DNA from: Dipteris shenzhenensis | Lineage: Eukaryota | DNA length: 64,000 nt | NCBI GenBank assembly: GCA_047967505.1 | Contig: CM106538.1 | Direction: 5' to 3' (one strand) | Part shown: piece by piece, positions 53,401 through 64,000 of the stretch | How positions within the stretch are numbered: position 1 is the first letter of the stretch | Layout of the letters: each line of letters starts with the position of its first letter | Made by a program: the position numbers and the translations under genes | The notes under the pieces: generated by a model | Seen by the model: only the letters and a program-made list of their open reading frames with translations | The model's database searches: none | What the model was told of the DNA's origin: nothing

Positions 53401-55702
53401 TTCCGTGTTTCAGGATTGTAAAGCCTATAGCCCTTGCTTTCAGTACTATAACCCACAAATATGCATTTGATTCCCTTATCATCAAGCTTGAATCTATGTT
53501 GATCTAGTACTAATGCATATGCCATTGATCCAAAAATTCTGAAGTGGCTAACCTTTGGCTTATATCCATAGAATGCCTCAAACGGAGTCCAATTCACCAA
53601 TGCTTTAGTTGGACACTTATTTTGGATGTATGTGGCTATAACTACAGCCTCACCCCAAAATACTTTAGGCATCTTTTTGTAGCTCAGCATGCATCTAGTG
53701 AGCTCCATGAGAGTCCTATTCTTTCTTTCCTCTTTCTTTCAGCAACATTATTTTGAGCTGGTGTGTAAGGGCATGTCTTCTGATGATGAATCCCATGATG
53801 AGCCAGATAATTCTTATAGGCATGAGACATGTACTGTCCTCCTCTATCTGTCCTGAGTGTTTTGATCTTGGCATTAGTCTGGTTCTCAACAAGTGCTTTG
53901 AACTCCTGAAACCAATGAAACACCTCAGATTTCTCTTTCATGAGAAAGATCCATGTAAATCTGGAGTAATCATCAATAAAAGACACATAATACTTGGCAC
54001 CACGATGTGATCGCACATTCACCTCACATACATCACTATGCACAAGTTGCAATATATGTGGCTTTGACTGATCCATCCTTTCTGAAAGGCAAATGGTGCA
54101 ACTTTCCCATAATACACCCTTCACAAAAAGAACTAGATGGTTGCTGCAATTTTGGCATCCCTTCAACCATTTGATTATTCTGCAAGTATGCCAATGCTCT
54201 ATGATGTGCATGACCAAATCTAGCATGCCATAAATCACATGAAGATGCATTAGATGTAGCCAAGGCATGCTACACATGGGGCTTAGCATCCAACTTATAA
54301 AGAACCTTATCATAAGTGCCAGTGGCAACCACTGCATATCCCTTTCTAGGATCTTTAATTGGGCATTGATCATCTTGAAACTCCACAAGCATGTACTGAT
54401 CATGAGCTATGGATGGAACTGAAATAAGATTCTTCTGCAAGTCTGGAACATACCAAACATCATGAATATACTTGACTTTGCCATTATCAAGCTTAATGGG
54501 AATATGTCCCACTCCTGTGATGTCTTGAGAAGCATATTGGCACAAGTAACTTCCCACCCATACACAGGTTTGATGCTATCAAACCACTCCTTATGAGGAG
54601 TCATATGCTATGAAGCACCGCTATCCAAATACCAATTCTCATTCACATTAAGTGAATAGGCATCATCATTATTGCTATGAGCAATAGCATGATCACAATC
54701 ACAATCCCCCCTGGAAGATATCTTAGAGAGTGTGGCTGCAAATACAAAATCCTGATCATCCTGAGCAACGTGTGCATGTGAGCCAAATGCATTGTTCTCA
54801 GTATGAGCCACAAAATTACTGTTTGAGTTGCCTTGCCTCTTCTTCTCATTTGCAATGCATTTCTGACATTCTACAATGTAATGGCTTGGCTTCTTGCAGT
54901 AATTGCATCTACCCTTTTTCACCTTACGATCTTTGCTTGATCTAGCATTATTGGTACTATTATTTGCCCCTTGTGGCTCGTTGTTTTTTGGCTTATATTT
55001 CTGAAATTTTCCCCTCTCCCCAGTGGCTAGAGCTTGCTCACTGCCATGAGAGCCACGAGAAAAATTATGAGCTCTTTCTTCTTCCTACAATAACAAACCA
55101 ACCAATTCTTCAAAAGAAATAGATGCAGCCCTGAGAGTGATGCTCAATGATGTAGCAAATGTACTATATGAAGGAGCAAGAGTATTAAGAGTGATAGAGA
55201 CCAATATCTTTTGTTCAATCTCCTCATCAACATTTGCAAGCTGATCTTGCAAATCTATAATTTTTGCTACATGCTCTGTGATGGTTTGACCATCAGTCAT
55301 TTTTTAGATTTTTAAGCTGATTGTTGAGTGCGATCACCCTGGCCATATTCTTAACATTATGTATACAGGACAACTTGTCCCAGGCATCCTTAGAAGAAGT
55401 ACAAGACTTAATAGTCTTCATGATGTGCCTCTTCACTGACAAGGAAATCAAAGAAAGTGCTTGAGCATTGTGATGGTCAAACTTCTTTTGCTCCTCAGAA
55501 AGAGGATGAGATGAGCTAGCAATAGAACCTTGACTACTAGGAGTACTAGGAGTAGTCACAGGCCTAATTGCATCTCCATTAACAATATCCCAAGGCCTTT
55601 TCCAACCAAAATATTCCTGAGCATAAAAGACCACAAGGCATAGTTTGATCCATCCAACTTATCCGCTTCAATCAGGGTGCCAAAATTCTTAGAAAGAGAC
55701 AC
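50470..55702 (-). pseudogene. Copia-3 gag-pol pseudogene
   Basis: CNYCKKPSHYIVEC; WYLDSGAS; HSDVC/FIDDYSR/RTDRGGQY; (Y)VDDIML; IDSDWSR..SSSEAEY. Many frameshifts; split by a foldback insertion. Confidence 0.93.
51012..51977. mobile_element. Non-autonomous foldback DNA element (Mutator-like or hAT-like) inserted in Copia-3 RT/RH region
   Basis: GGGG..CCCC termini with gagcttttt subterminal motifs; target duplication gcttggtg (8 bp; 10 bp if termini are GGG/CCC); strong central palindrome 51359-51695 around tctgcgctagcgcaga. Confidence 0.9.
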
Positions 55703-57187
55703 GATTGCACTTCATAAGTAACCTGAAAATAAAATGCAAATATAGATAGAAAATCTGCCCCAAAGGTGTTGTCACAATGCACAATTCCCTTCCGGAATCA
55801 CAAGGCAAAATGGGCAATAGTATTTGCTCTGTAAATATTCTCAACTTTCAACCCAACAAAGGCTTGATAAGCATGAACCAAAGGTATAAATTTTGAAGCA
55901 AATGTTTGCTTAAAAGGCATCCAATGATAGCATTCACTGTTAGCTGACCTTTGGCTCAATATGCATCCAATAACTTGCCCCCAATTTTGATTTTTGTCCG
56001 CTGCGTGTAAAATATCACAAGAAAAGTGATCTCCCAGTCCAAAATAGCTTCAAGATGACTCCAGAAAGAAGTCGACCAAATTTTGGGAGCTGAAACAGTT
56101 CAAAATCAGCAACAAAACTACCAGGAATGAGGTCACCTAGCCCACATGGTTTTCCTAGAGAAATGCGAGCTGAAAATAGGCTGAAAACTGATGAAAAACA
56201 TCAAGGAAATGCCAGATTTGAAGTTGTCCAGGCACAGGATGCTCCAAGAAGCAGTTTGAGCTGATGTAGGGGCTGGAAACTGACAAAATCAATAGCAAAA
56301 GTGCCCAGAATGAGGTTGCCCAGCCCAGATGTAGCTCCTGAAGATAGGAGACTAGAAAAAAGTGCTATAAATCAACAAATGGAGCTGGTTTTGAGGATGT
56401 CTGGTTGCAAAAGATCCCAAAAAACAGCAAGTTTATAGTCACCTAGGTCCAGTAGTGACCCTGGTGAAGGCGTCCAGCTACATGAGACCTCTAGAAAGCT
56501 GTTACGGGCAAAAACGAGCTAGCTGGATTGATTTATTCGCAACAGAAATGACTCTTCATGAGAGAACTCAAACCCAGGAGTGGTAGAAGCACGTGAAGCA
56601 ATGCGGGAGCCAAGCTCTGATACCAATTGTTGGAACTGTGGGGAGACACGAAGTGGATAAAGAACACGAGAGTGTAGTCCACACACAAAGCTCCACTGAA
56701 TAGTTCAACAATAGAAGTACAAGACTTGGGATATATATGAAACCAAAGTATAAAGTGAAAACCCTAGACTAGAATAACTTAGACCAAGTCTAGCCTACAA
56801 TACCATACCATTGTATGTTCTATCATTCCAAAGGTGATGGAGTTCTCATCATACGAAAAATTCAACAAGACTTAAATGCAAGGGTGTAGGAGTTGTTTGT
56901 TGAGGTTAACCACATAGAGAGAGAATACAAAGCATACCAAGTGCATTTGAGGGATGTTGGAAAAGTTTTTATAAAATGGGTTACATGCTTGTGACCATTG
57001 CAAATCTTGCAAATGGAAAATCATTTTTGATATTCTATTTCAGTATAGCCAATGATAGTGGAGAAGTTATAGCTACTGATTCATGCCAATCTACTAGAGA
57101 AGAAGGTAAGCATGAAGAAGAAAAGGTTAGCTTTGGGTACACATATCTTTTGTAGAACACGTAAAACCTATTTCATATAACAAACTT

Positions 57188-57198
57188 ATATGTATGTA

Positions 57199-57231
<33 letters not shown>

Positions 57232-57249
57232 GAATATTATTAAATATTT

Positions 57250-57324
<75 letters not shown>

Positions 57325-57340
57325 GCACATGCACACGCAC

Positions 57341-57371
<31 letters not shown>

Positions 57372-57421
57372 TGCACATGCACATGCACACGCACACGCAC
57401 ACGCACACGCACACGCACATG
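57188..57421. repeat. Compound microsatellite (TG)(TA)(TC)(CACAYG)
   Basis: Visible directly. Confidence 0.95.
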
Positions 57422-57422
57422 C

Positions 57423-58400
57423 TGTTAGCCGAAAAAGAAATCAGGACAAGTGGCTAGATACTAAGCATGGTGATGCTCAAGGGACATAGAGGAAAGGAGA
57501 ACGAGAGGGCGAAACGTTATCATGGGGGGGGAAAAAGGATTAGAAGGGGAGGGAATGAAGAGGGAGACTATGGTACAAGGGGAAAGGGAGAGGGGGAAGA
57601 GAAGCATGTACATGATGGGAGGAAGAATGTAAAGATGGAGACATCAAGGGAAGAGGGCCATGCTTTATTTGAAAGGAAGGGAAGGGGGAATCAAAGTACT
57701 AGCTAGGTGGCTTTACAAGAATGAGCGTGTCTCATCAAGGAATAGCCCCCTCCTTTTATAGCCAAGAGAGGGGGTCTCTCCCAATAAATGCATCCTCCCA
57801 CATGCATGGTGTGTGTGGAAAAGTCTCCCATGTGGGCTAGGTGGTTATGCACTCTCAATTGTATGCGACAACCCTTTGCCTCATTTCTCCACATAAATCA
57901 AGCCCCATATCTCAAGTCTATGATACTCCCTTGGTCTCTCCCCAATTTTATAATACGTTCAAACCTCTAGGAGGACATTGGCACAAGGAATCTTGCCACC
58001 TCATCCTACTTTCCCCATTATTTAACTTGCATTCTTGGACCTTCTATATCTCCCCCACATGGGCCTATCCTACATGGAGGGAATAATCCAATATAATATC
58101 CATCTCCACCTATTTTATATTACTGCTCCCATAGACTTTGGGCCATATCTCACTAAATGCAGTCTAGGTGGAGGGGTGGCACATGGAGGAGCCATGCCAC
58201 CTTACATTTTATAATATTACTACCATGGATTATGTACATCATACCTTATGGGTCCTCTTACGTGGAAGGGTGGCACATGGTCATGCCCTACCACCTCAAC
58301 CCTAGGCCCTATGCACACCATATTTTATTATACTATTGCCACACATACAAACACACACTCATATTTATGCCTTTTTCCTTAGACAAATTTATCCATAACA
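57423..58400 (-). repeat. Gypsy 3' LTR (978 bp)
   Basis: TGTTA/TAACA inverted ends abutting the polypurine tract; partner LTR not in window. Confidence 0.75.
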
Positions 58401-58429
58401 GTCCCCCCCCAGGCAGGGAATGCACAACA

Positions 58430-61400
58430 TTTCCATGCCTGGGTCCATCACTCACAAAGAAGGGCTTGAGGTAATGCTTGTTGTTGATTACCTTCTTGCC
58501 ATATGGCTCATGCAGCTCCTGAACTTGTACAGACCCATTGCTACGTTCCTTGATGACTTTGTATGGACCGGTCCACAGTGGCAAAAAGTTCTTATCCATT
58601 TGATGGTCCAATCTGTTATCAAAGCATAGCACAACATCCCCCTCAGCAAAGCATCTTTCCCATCCCTTGCGAATCTTAGCATCCAAGCGGGCCTTTTGTC
58701 GATTCTTTTGGATCTCTGTTTGATGTAGAGCAAGGTGTCGAGTTTCATCTAACTTCTCAAGTTGTACCAATCTGGCTCTACATGTTCATCTTCTATCATC
58801 CTCTGTTCTTGTGCCAATCTCAAGGCCGAAATCTCTATCTCTAGTGGTAAAATTGCCTCAGTACCATACACCAACTCAAAAGGAGTGTGACCTATAGACA
58901 TTTTATGAGTGATGTTGTAAGCCCACATGGCTTCAGTGACCTTATGATCCCACTGGCTCGTGTTCCTGCGGCCATTTTTCCCATGGTTTTACAAAGGAGG
59001 CCATTGGTCCGCTCCGTTTGACCCATGGATGCTGGATAATAGATGCTAGAAGTGTGATGATCAATACCCATGCGATCCATGAGCAATTCCACTGCTTCAT
59101 TTAAGAATGGACTCCCATGATCAGATACTATTTCCATGGGTGTCCTAAACCTTGTGCAGATACGTTCAAATATGAAATTTGAAACTACCTTACCATTTGC
59201 AACGGGGAGGGCGATAGCTTCAGCCCACTTAGTGACATACTGAGTGGCTACCAAAAGATACTTCTTTTTGCGGGCAATCATGGGCAAGGGCCCGACAAAA
59301 TCTATTCCCCACTTCTGAAACGGATGGATGGACATCACTGGGTGATGTTGCCTAGGACGAAAGTCCTTCCTACCAAAGAATTGGCATGGTTCACAAGTTT
59401 TGCAATGCATAGTGACATCCTTGAACAAGGTCAACCAATAGTACCCAGCATGTAAAATCTTATTAGCTGTATAGTCACTGGCATAGTGGCCTCCACAAAA
59501 TCCATCATGATAATGCTTCAATACCTTAGGTACTTCATCTGCATCAATGGCCCGTCTTAGTACCCCATCCATGCCTTGACGGTACAACACGCCATCAAAG
59601 AGGGTGTAGCGCCTACTATCTCTACGGATCTTCTTTCTCTCATAGCTAGTACTTTCTGGAGGAAAGGAGAAAGCAGTTAGAAACCTATAGATACCACCAT
59701 ACCATGGATCCCCAACTTCTATGGCCACTACAAGGGGTATATCAAGGCACTCCTCTAAATCAATCAAGGCATTCTTCAAGTTGGAACAATCCCCTTTTAC
59801 AATTTTGAAAGAGAAATCATATTCTTGTAAAACTGCCAACCATTTGGCCAACCGGCCCATGGGGTTTGGTGATTAAAGAACCTGCTTTGCAAGACTAGTG
59901 CTAGTGAGTATAATGGAGGACTTTCCAACCACATAATGCCTAAATTTCTCAATGCAGAACACCAAAGACAAGGCATGCTTGTCAGCCTCTGAATAGCGTC
60001 GCTCAGTGTTGAACAATTGTCGAGAAGCAAATCGAACGGGATACATGAACCGATCCTCCCCTTACTGGAGAAGAATACCTGCCAGAGTGTGCTCACTAAA
60101 CCCAGGACCCAGGATTGATATAGAAAGTCTTTGACCAATCTAGATTGTGTAGAATGGGTTCTGAAGCTAGAGCATTCTTGATTTGTGCAAACCCATGATC
60201 ACAATCCTCATCCCAAGAGAAATCAACACCATCTTTTAATAGCATAGTCATGGGTTGTGTCAAAGAAGCATATTGATCAATGAAGCGACGATAGTGTCCT
60301 GCTAGATTGATAAAATGAGCATACTTGATATTTGGTTTTTGGTGGCGAGAGCTTGAGGATGGCTTCTACCTTCTCAGGGTTAGGCTTGACGCCCTCAGAT
60401 GAGACAATGTGTCCCAGTAACCTCCTTTGAGTGGCTCTAATGGTGCATTTCTCAGGGTTGAGACTGCCATTCGCATCATTGACCCTTTGGAAGGCCAGCC
60501 TAACCTTCATGACATGCTCCTTACGTGGCGAGAATATACAAAAATCATCTAAAAACACCTCCAAGAAATCCCCCAAATAAGGATCAAATACCATTTGCAT
60601 AAATCTCTAAAAGGTACCAAGAGCATTGGTGAGGTCAAATGGCATTACTTTGAATGCAAATGTCCCCCAGGGTGTGGCAAATGTGGTTTTGAGCACATCT
60701 TCTTCGGCAATTCTGATTTGATAAAACCCGGAGTAACCATCACAGAAAGTATACATCTCATGACCACTTACCTTCTCAAGAATGAGGTCTTGAAAGGGAA
60801 GAGGATGATGGTCCCTCTTGGTGGCTGCATTGAGTTTCTTATAGTCGATGCAGACCCGCCACTTGTTTTTCTTTGGGGTGACTACCACTAGTGAAACCCA
60901 TTCAGTATTGTGAACTGGAACAATAAACCCAGCTTCTACAAGTTTTTGCAACTCTGAGCAAATCATCGGTCTGTAAGGGCCCTAATATTTGATACTTCTG
61001 AGCCACAGGCTTCGCATCAGGCTTCAGCTCTATCTTGTGTTCTATGGTAGTCACATGGCGAAGGTGGCAGTAGCTAGTTGCGAAAAGGTCAGGGAAATCT
61101 TTGAACATTTCTAGGAACTCATCTCTCACTTGGAGTGAGGTCTGGGGAAATCATAGATTCAAGCTGTTGAGGACTAGCTGTTACCTTTTCTGTAGGTGGT
61201 GGGGTTGGAGACACCCCCATCATGTAAACTTCCTCCTCTGAGAATTCCTCCCCCCCGTCTGATTCTTCCATTGATTCGGACACCGAGGATGAGAGAGTGT
61301 CACTGTCTTGCTCCTCTTCTTCTTGTGGTCCCGTGGCACCTAGTTGCATCGGGATCTTCTCCTTAGAAGCACCAAAAGACATGTGTCCTGTCTTCCAATA

Positions 61401-63074
61401 GCTAACTCCATCACTCTTTCTCAACCATGGTCTCCTGAGTATGGCTGGGTAGCTCCTACCTGTATCTTCAATGTCCACTACATAGAAATTGATAGTGGTG
61501 GTCAACCCATTGACAGTGATGGGCAAATCCTCAATGACTTCCAGGGTGGCGAGTCGTCGACCATCTGCTACCTCCATTCGAGTGGAGGAATGCCTTGTGC
61601 ATTTCAAATTCAATTTCTTCATGATTCAGGGCACCATGATATTACATGCAGGTCCCCCATCAACACACACACTTTTGACATGGCAATTATCTAAGATGAC
61701 ATCTACTGTATGTGGGTGCCGATCAATTTCTTTAGAGATAGAAGATACCTCTCGTATCTTTCCATTTTTCTTGCTCCTCCTTGTTGAGAGCCCTTGCTGC
61801 AACTCACGTCTCACCTTAGGGCTTAATGCTATTAGTTGAGGGAGCGTGATGCTCAAAGACCGATGAGCAAGGTCCTGAACGACCGAATAGTCCTCTTGCC
61901 TTGAGCCGATGGGACAATTCGAGGGTGACCACTTACTCCTGTGCTTTTAGTCTTCTCTATTGGTGGGTTTGCCATCTTAGAATCTGAGGGCTCTGAGAAG
62001 GACACCTTCTTCCTGGGGTGGCCCGATCCATGGTTTGGAGAGGGGTCCAAGGTGGTACGACTTCTTTTCCCAAGGTCAAGGATCTCTACGTCAGAATCCT
62101 CAGTGCCTGATTCACTTAGAAGATTCACCCTTGGAATATTGGGACATTCCATGCGATAATGACCCTTCTGGTGGCACTTGTAGCATACAACATTAGCACG
62201 GTCTCTTGGAGGGCGGTTGGCTTGATTTCTGATGCCCACCATCTCAAGCTGAAGATCATTCAGGGCCTTGGCTAGGTCATTGACTCCAGAATCTGTTGCA
62301 GGAGGGCCTCCTTAGCTGGAGGGGCCGAGGGAGTAGAAAGGAGGGGGGCTCGTGGGCGAGGTTGGGGAAATCTTCGAGGCAGATGGTGAGAATATACACC
62401 TTGTTGAGGGTAAGCATCTAAGGGAGGACCATACATTTGAGGTGGAGACGGTGGATACATCCCTGATGGGGGTGGGAATATGCCCCTGAGTTAGACCCCC
62501 CAGGTTGTTGTTGCAAGAATTGAGGGGGTTGCGGAGGGACAATCGTCTTCTTTGAAGCGGGGTCAGACTGAACTTTATCAAACTTTTGAGCAATCTCATG
62601 TGCTAGCACCATAGTTTCTAGATTCTCCCATTTAAGCTTGAGGCGGAATTCGTCACTTGCTCCTACTACAAGGTAGCCCAACACATGCTGAGTCATTCCA
62701 GCTCGAAATCCGGCATTGTTCTCCTGCGTGGCAATTAAACAGTCCAGGAGCACGGCCGCTCGATCCACATATCGACACGCCGTCTCACCTTCTGACTGCT
62801 TCAAGTTTGCCACATGCAGGTACACATTCTCTAGCTCCTCTTCTTTGCCAAAATACTCAATCATTGCTACTGTTAACCTTGGCTAGCTTTGGTAAACATC
62901 TTCGGCCTACTTCTCATACCACACTTGAGCCAAACCCTTTAGAAATGTGGGAAGAACCAACAGCCATCTGTCTTCAGTAAGAAAGTTGAGAGAAGCACAA
63001 TGGCGCTTGAAGGCCACAAGATACTCATTTGGATTTTCTTCAACTCATCCACAAAACACGAGAATGTCAACCAT
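58430..63074 (-). pseudogene. Gypsy gag-pol pseudogene
   Basis: Gag starts MVDI at 63074 (FLKGLAQVWY; CYKCHQKGHYRMEC). PR VDGGPACN; RT WRVCIDYKKLN/DGYSGFYQI/FLDDF; degenerate RH 59860-60125; INT HDGFCGGH..C..C, WGIDFVGP, SDHGSPF, WTGPY. Confidence 0.92.
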
Positions 63075-63659
63075 GCTTGGAAGATGGAAAAGAGAGAGGC
63101 AAGACGAGGATTATCTATGGACAAACAATAGAAAGAGGAAGCTTGAACTGAAAATCGGGTGAAGATACATGCACAAAGTCACATAGGCAGGGTGGGGTGT
63201 GACTGGTGTATTGTGAAATACTACCCAGGAAGAATCTTTAGCATAGAATAGCACATAGACAATCTCAAAAGGACCAACTCTCATGATATCACATCCATCT
63301 TTACAAGCGAGGGTTAGAGACACGGTATTGCATGAGGTTGTTCATCAAGGCAAACAAGAATGCCATGACAAATGTCAACAGTTGGAGAGCTTGCACATCA
63401 CCTTTAGCTTCTTCCAGTTCTTGTAGTCGCCATGCTATTTCTTCAAGGGGTGTGTGGTCTAGCATCCTTCCTTTGAGCAATGTCCTTGAGGACCTTTCTG
63501 ATGATCTTCCGAAGTCGATAAACTCATATCAAATATGCCCAACTCTTAGTTTCATGATGACCACAACCTTTGCATTTCTTATAAATGATCACCCTCCTTC
63601 GTGGCTTGCAGCTTTGTTGGGTTGGTGCTTCCACTCGTGTCATGCGTGATTGAAGTACA

Positions 63660-64000
63660 TGCTTCACGTTCCAAGAAATCAACAACTAGATTTCGAGCTC
63701 AAGGGATATGCTGAATTTTTACCTCTTCAAATTGGTTGCAAAGTTCCAATGCTTGTTGATGTCGTGGAACCAAGCCTTTGCTCCACACCTTCCAGCTTCC
63801 ACTAACTTGTTCACACACTAGTTGAGAATCTCCTTGCACCTCAAGTTGCTTGACGTGATGTTCTTGTGCCTTTTGTAGCCCAAAAGTGAGTGCCGAGTAC
63901 TCAGCTTGATTGCACGTACTCGCAGGTGCAGACTTGCTATAACAATACTCCTCACCACCCAGTGAAGTGAGCTTCACACCCATGCCAGTAGCCTTGGTCG
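63660..64000 (-). pseudogene. Archaeal/plant-type RNase HI (aRH) domain, N-terminus beyond window
   Basis: TCNQAEYSAL..GL..A..LEVQGDSQLVCEQVSG.WKV..FEEVKIQHIP*ARNLVVDFL; the stop at 63699 is likely CGA>TGA in HIPR. Confidence 0.88.

Larger units (their letters stand above)
50106..56825 (-). mobile_element. Full-length decayed Ty1/Copia LTR retrotransposon (Copia-3)
   Basis: 198-bp LTRs 50106-50303 and 56628-56825 (~6 mismatches); TSD ttcca; PBS reverse complement gctctgatacca 56614-56625; PPT reverse complement aatcccccctcaa after 50303. Confidence 0.96.
57423..64000 (-). mobile_element. Ty3/Gypsy (non-chromovirus, Tat-like) LTR retrotransposon; 5' end beyond window
   Basis: 3' LTR 57423-58400 (tgtta...taaca) next to PPT reverse complement gtcccccccc; gag-PR-RT-RH-INT order on the minus strand. 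Confidence 0.9.

Noticed and set aside
57127-57457. His- or ER-repeat protein ORFs
   Set aside because: Translations of a compound microsatellite.

Overview
Eukaryotic, repeat-dense land-plant DNA. The tRNA-iMet PBS, GT-AG introns and abundant CAG/CAA/CGA-to-stop decay suggest a heavily methylated large genome; a fern-like non-flowering plant is my inference only. One intact host gene is present: a 5-exon 12-oxophytodienoate reductase (26882-28693, 421 aa) carrying OPR3/subgroup-II specificity residues. The rest is transposon-derived. There are three full-length Ty1/Copia elements with LTRs, PBS, PPT and 5-bp TSDs, plus a truncated Copia and two related foldback elements. A 6.3-kb hAT element with a perfect 8-bp TSD carries a convergent kinase-like cargo gene. 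A ~13-kb minus-strand composite combines a Sola-like DDD transposase, a TNP1-like domain and a spliced Ulp1-like protease, and is interrupted by a 5-kb higher-order (3x181 bp) satellite. A Ty3/Gypsy element has a pol RNase H that lacks its catalytic residues, while an archaeal-type RNase H lies upstream of gag. All calls come from reading motifs by eye; no database searches were run.
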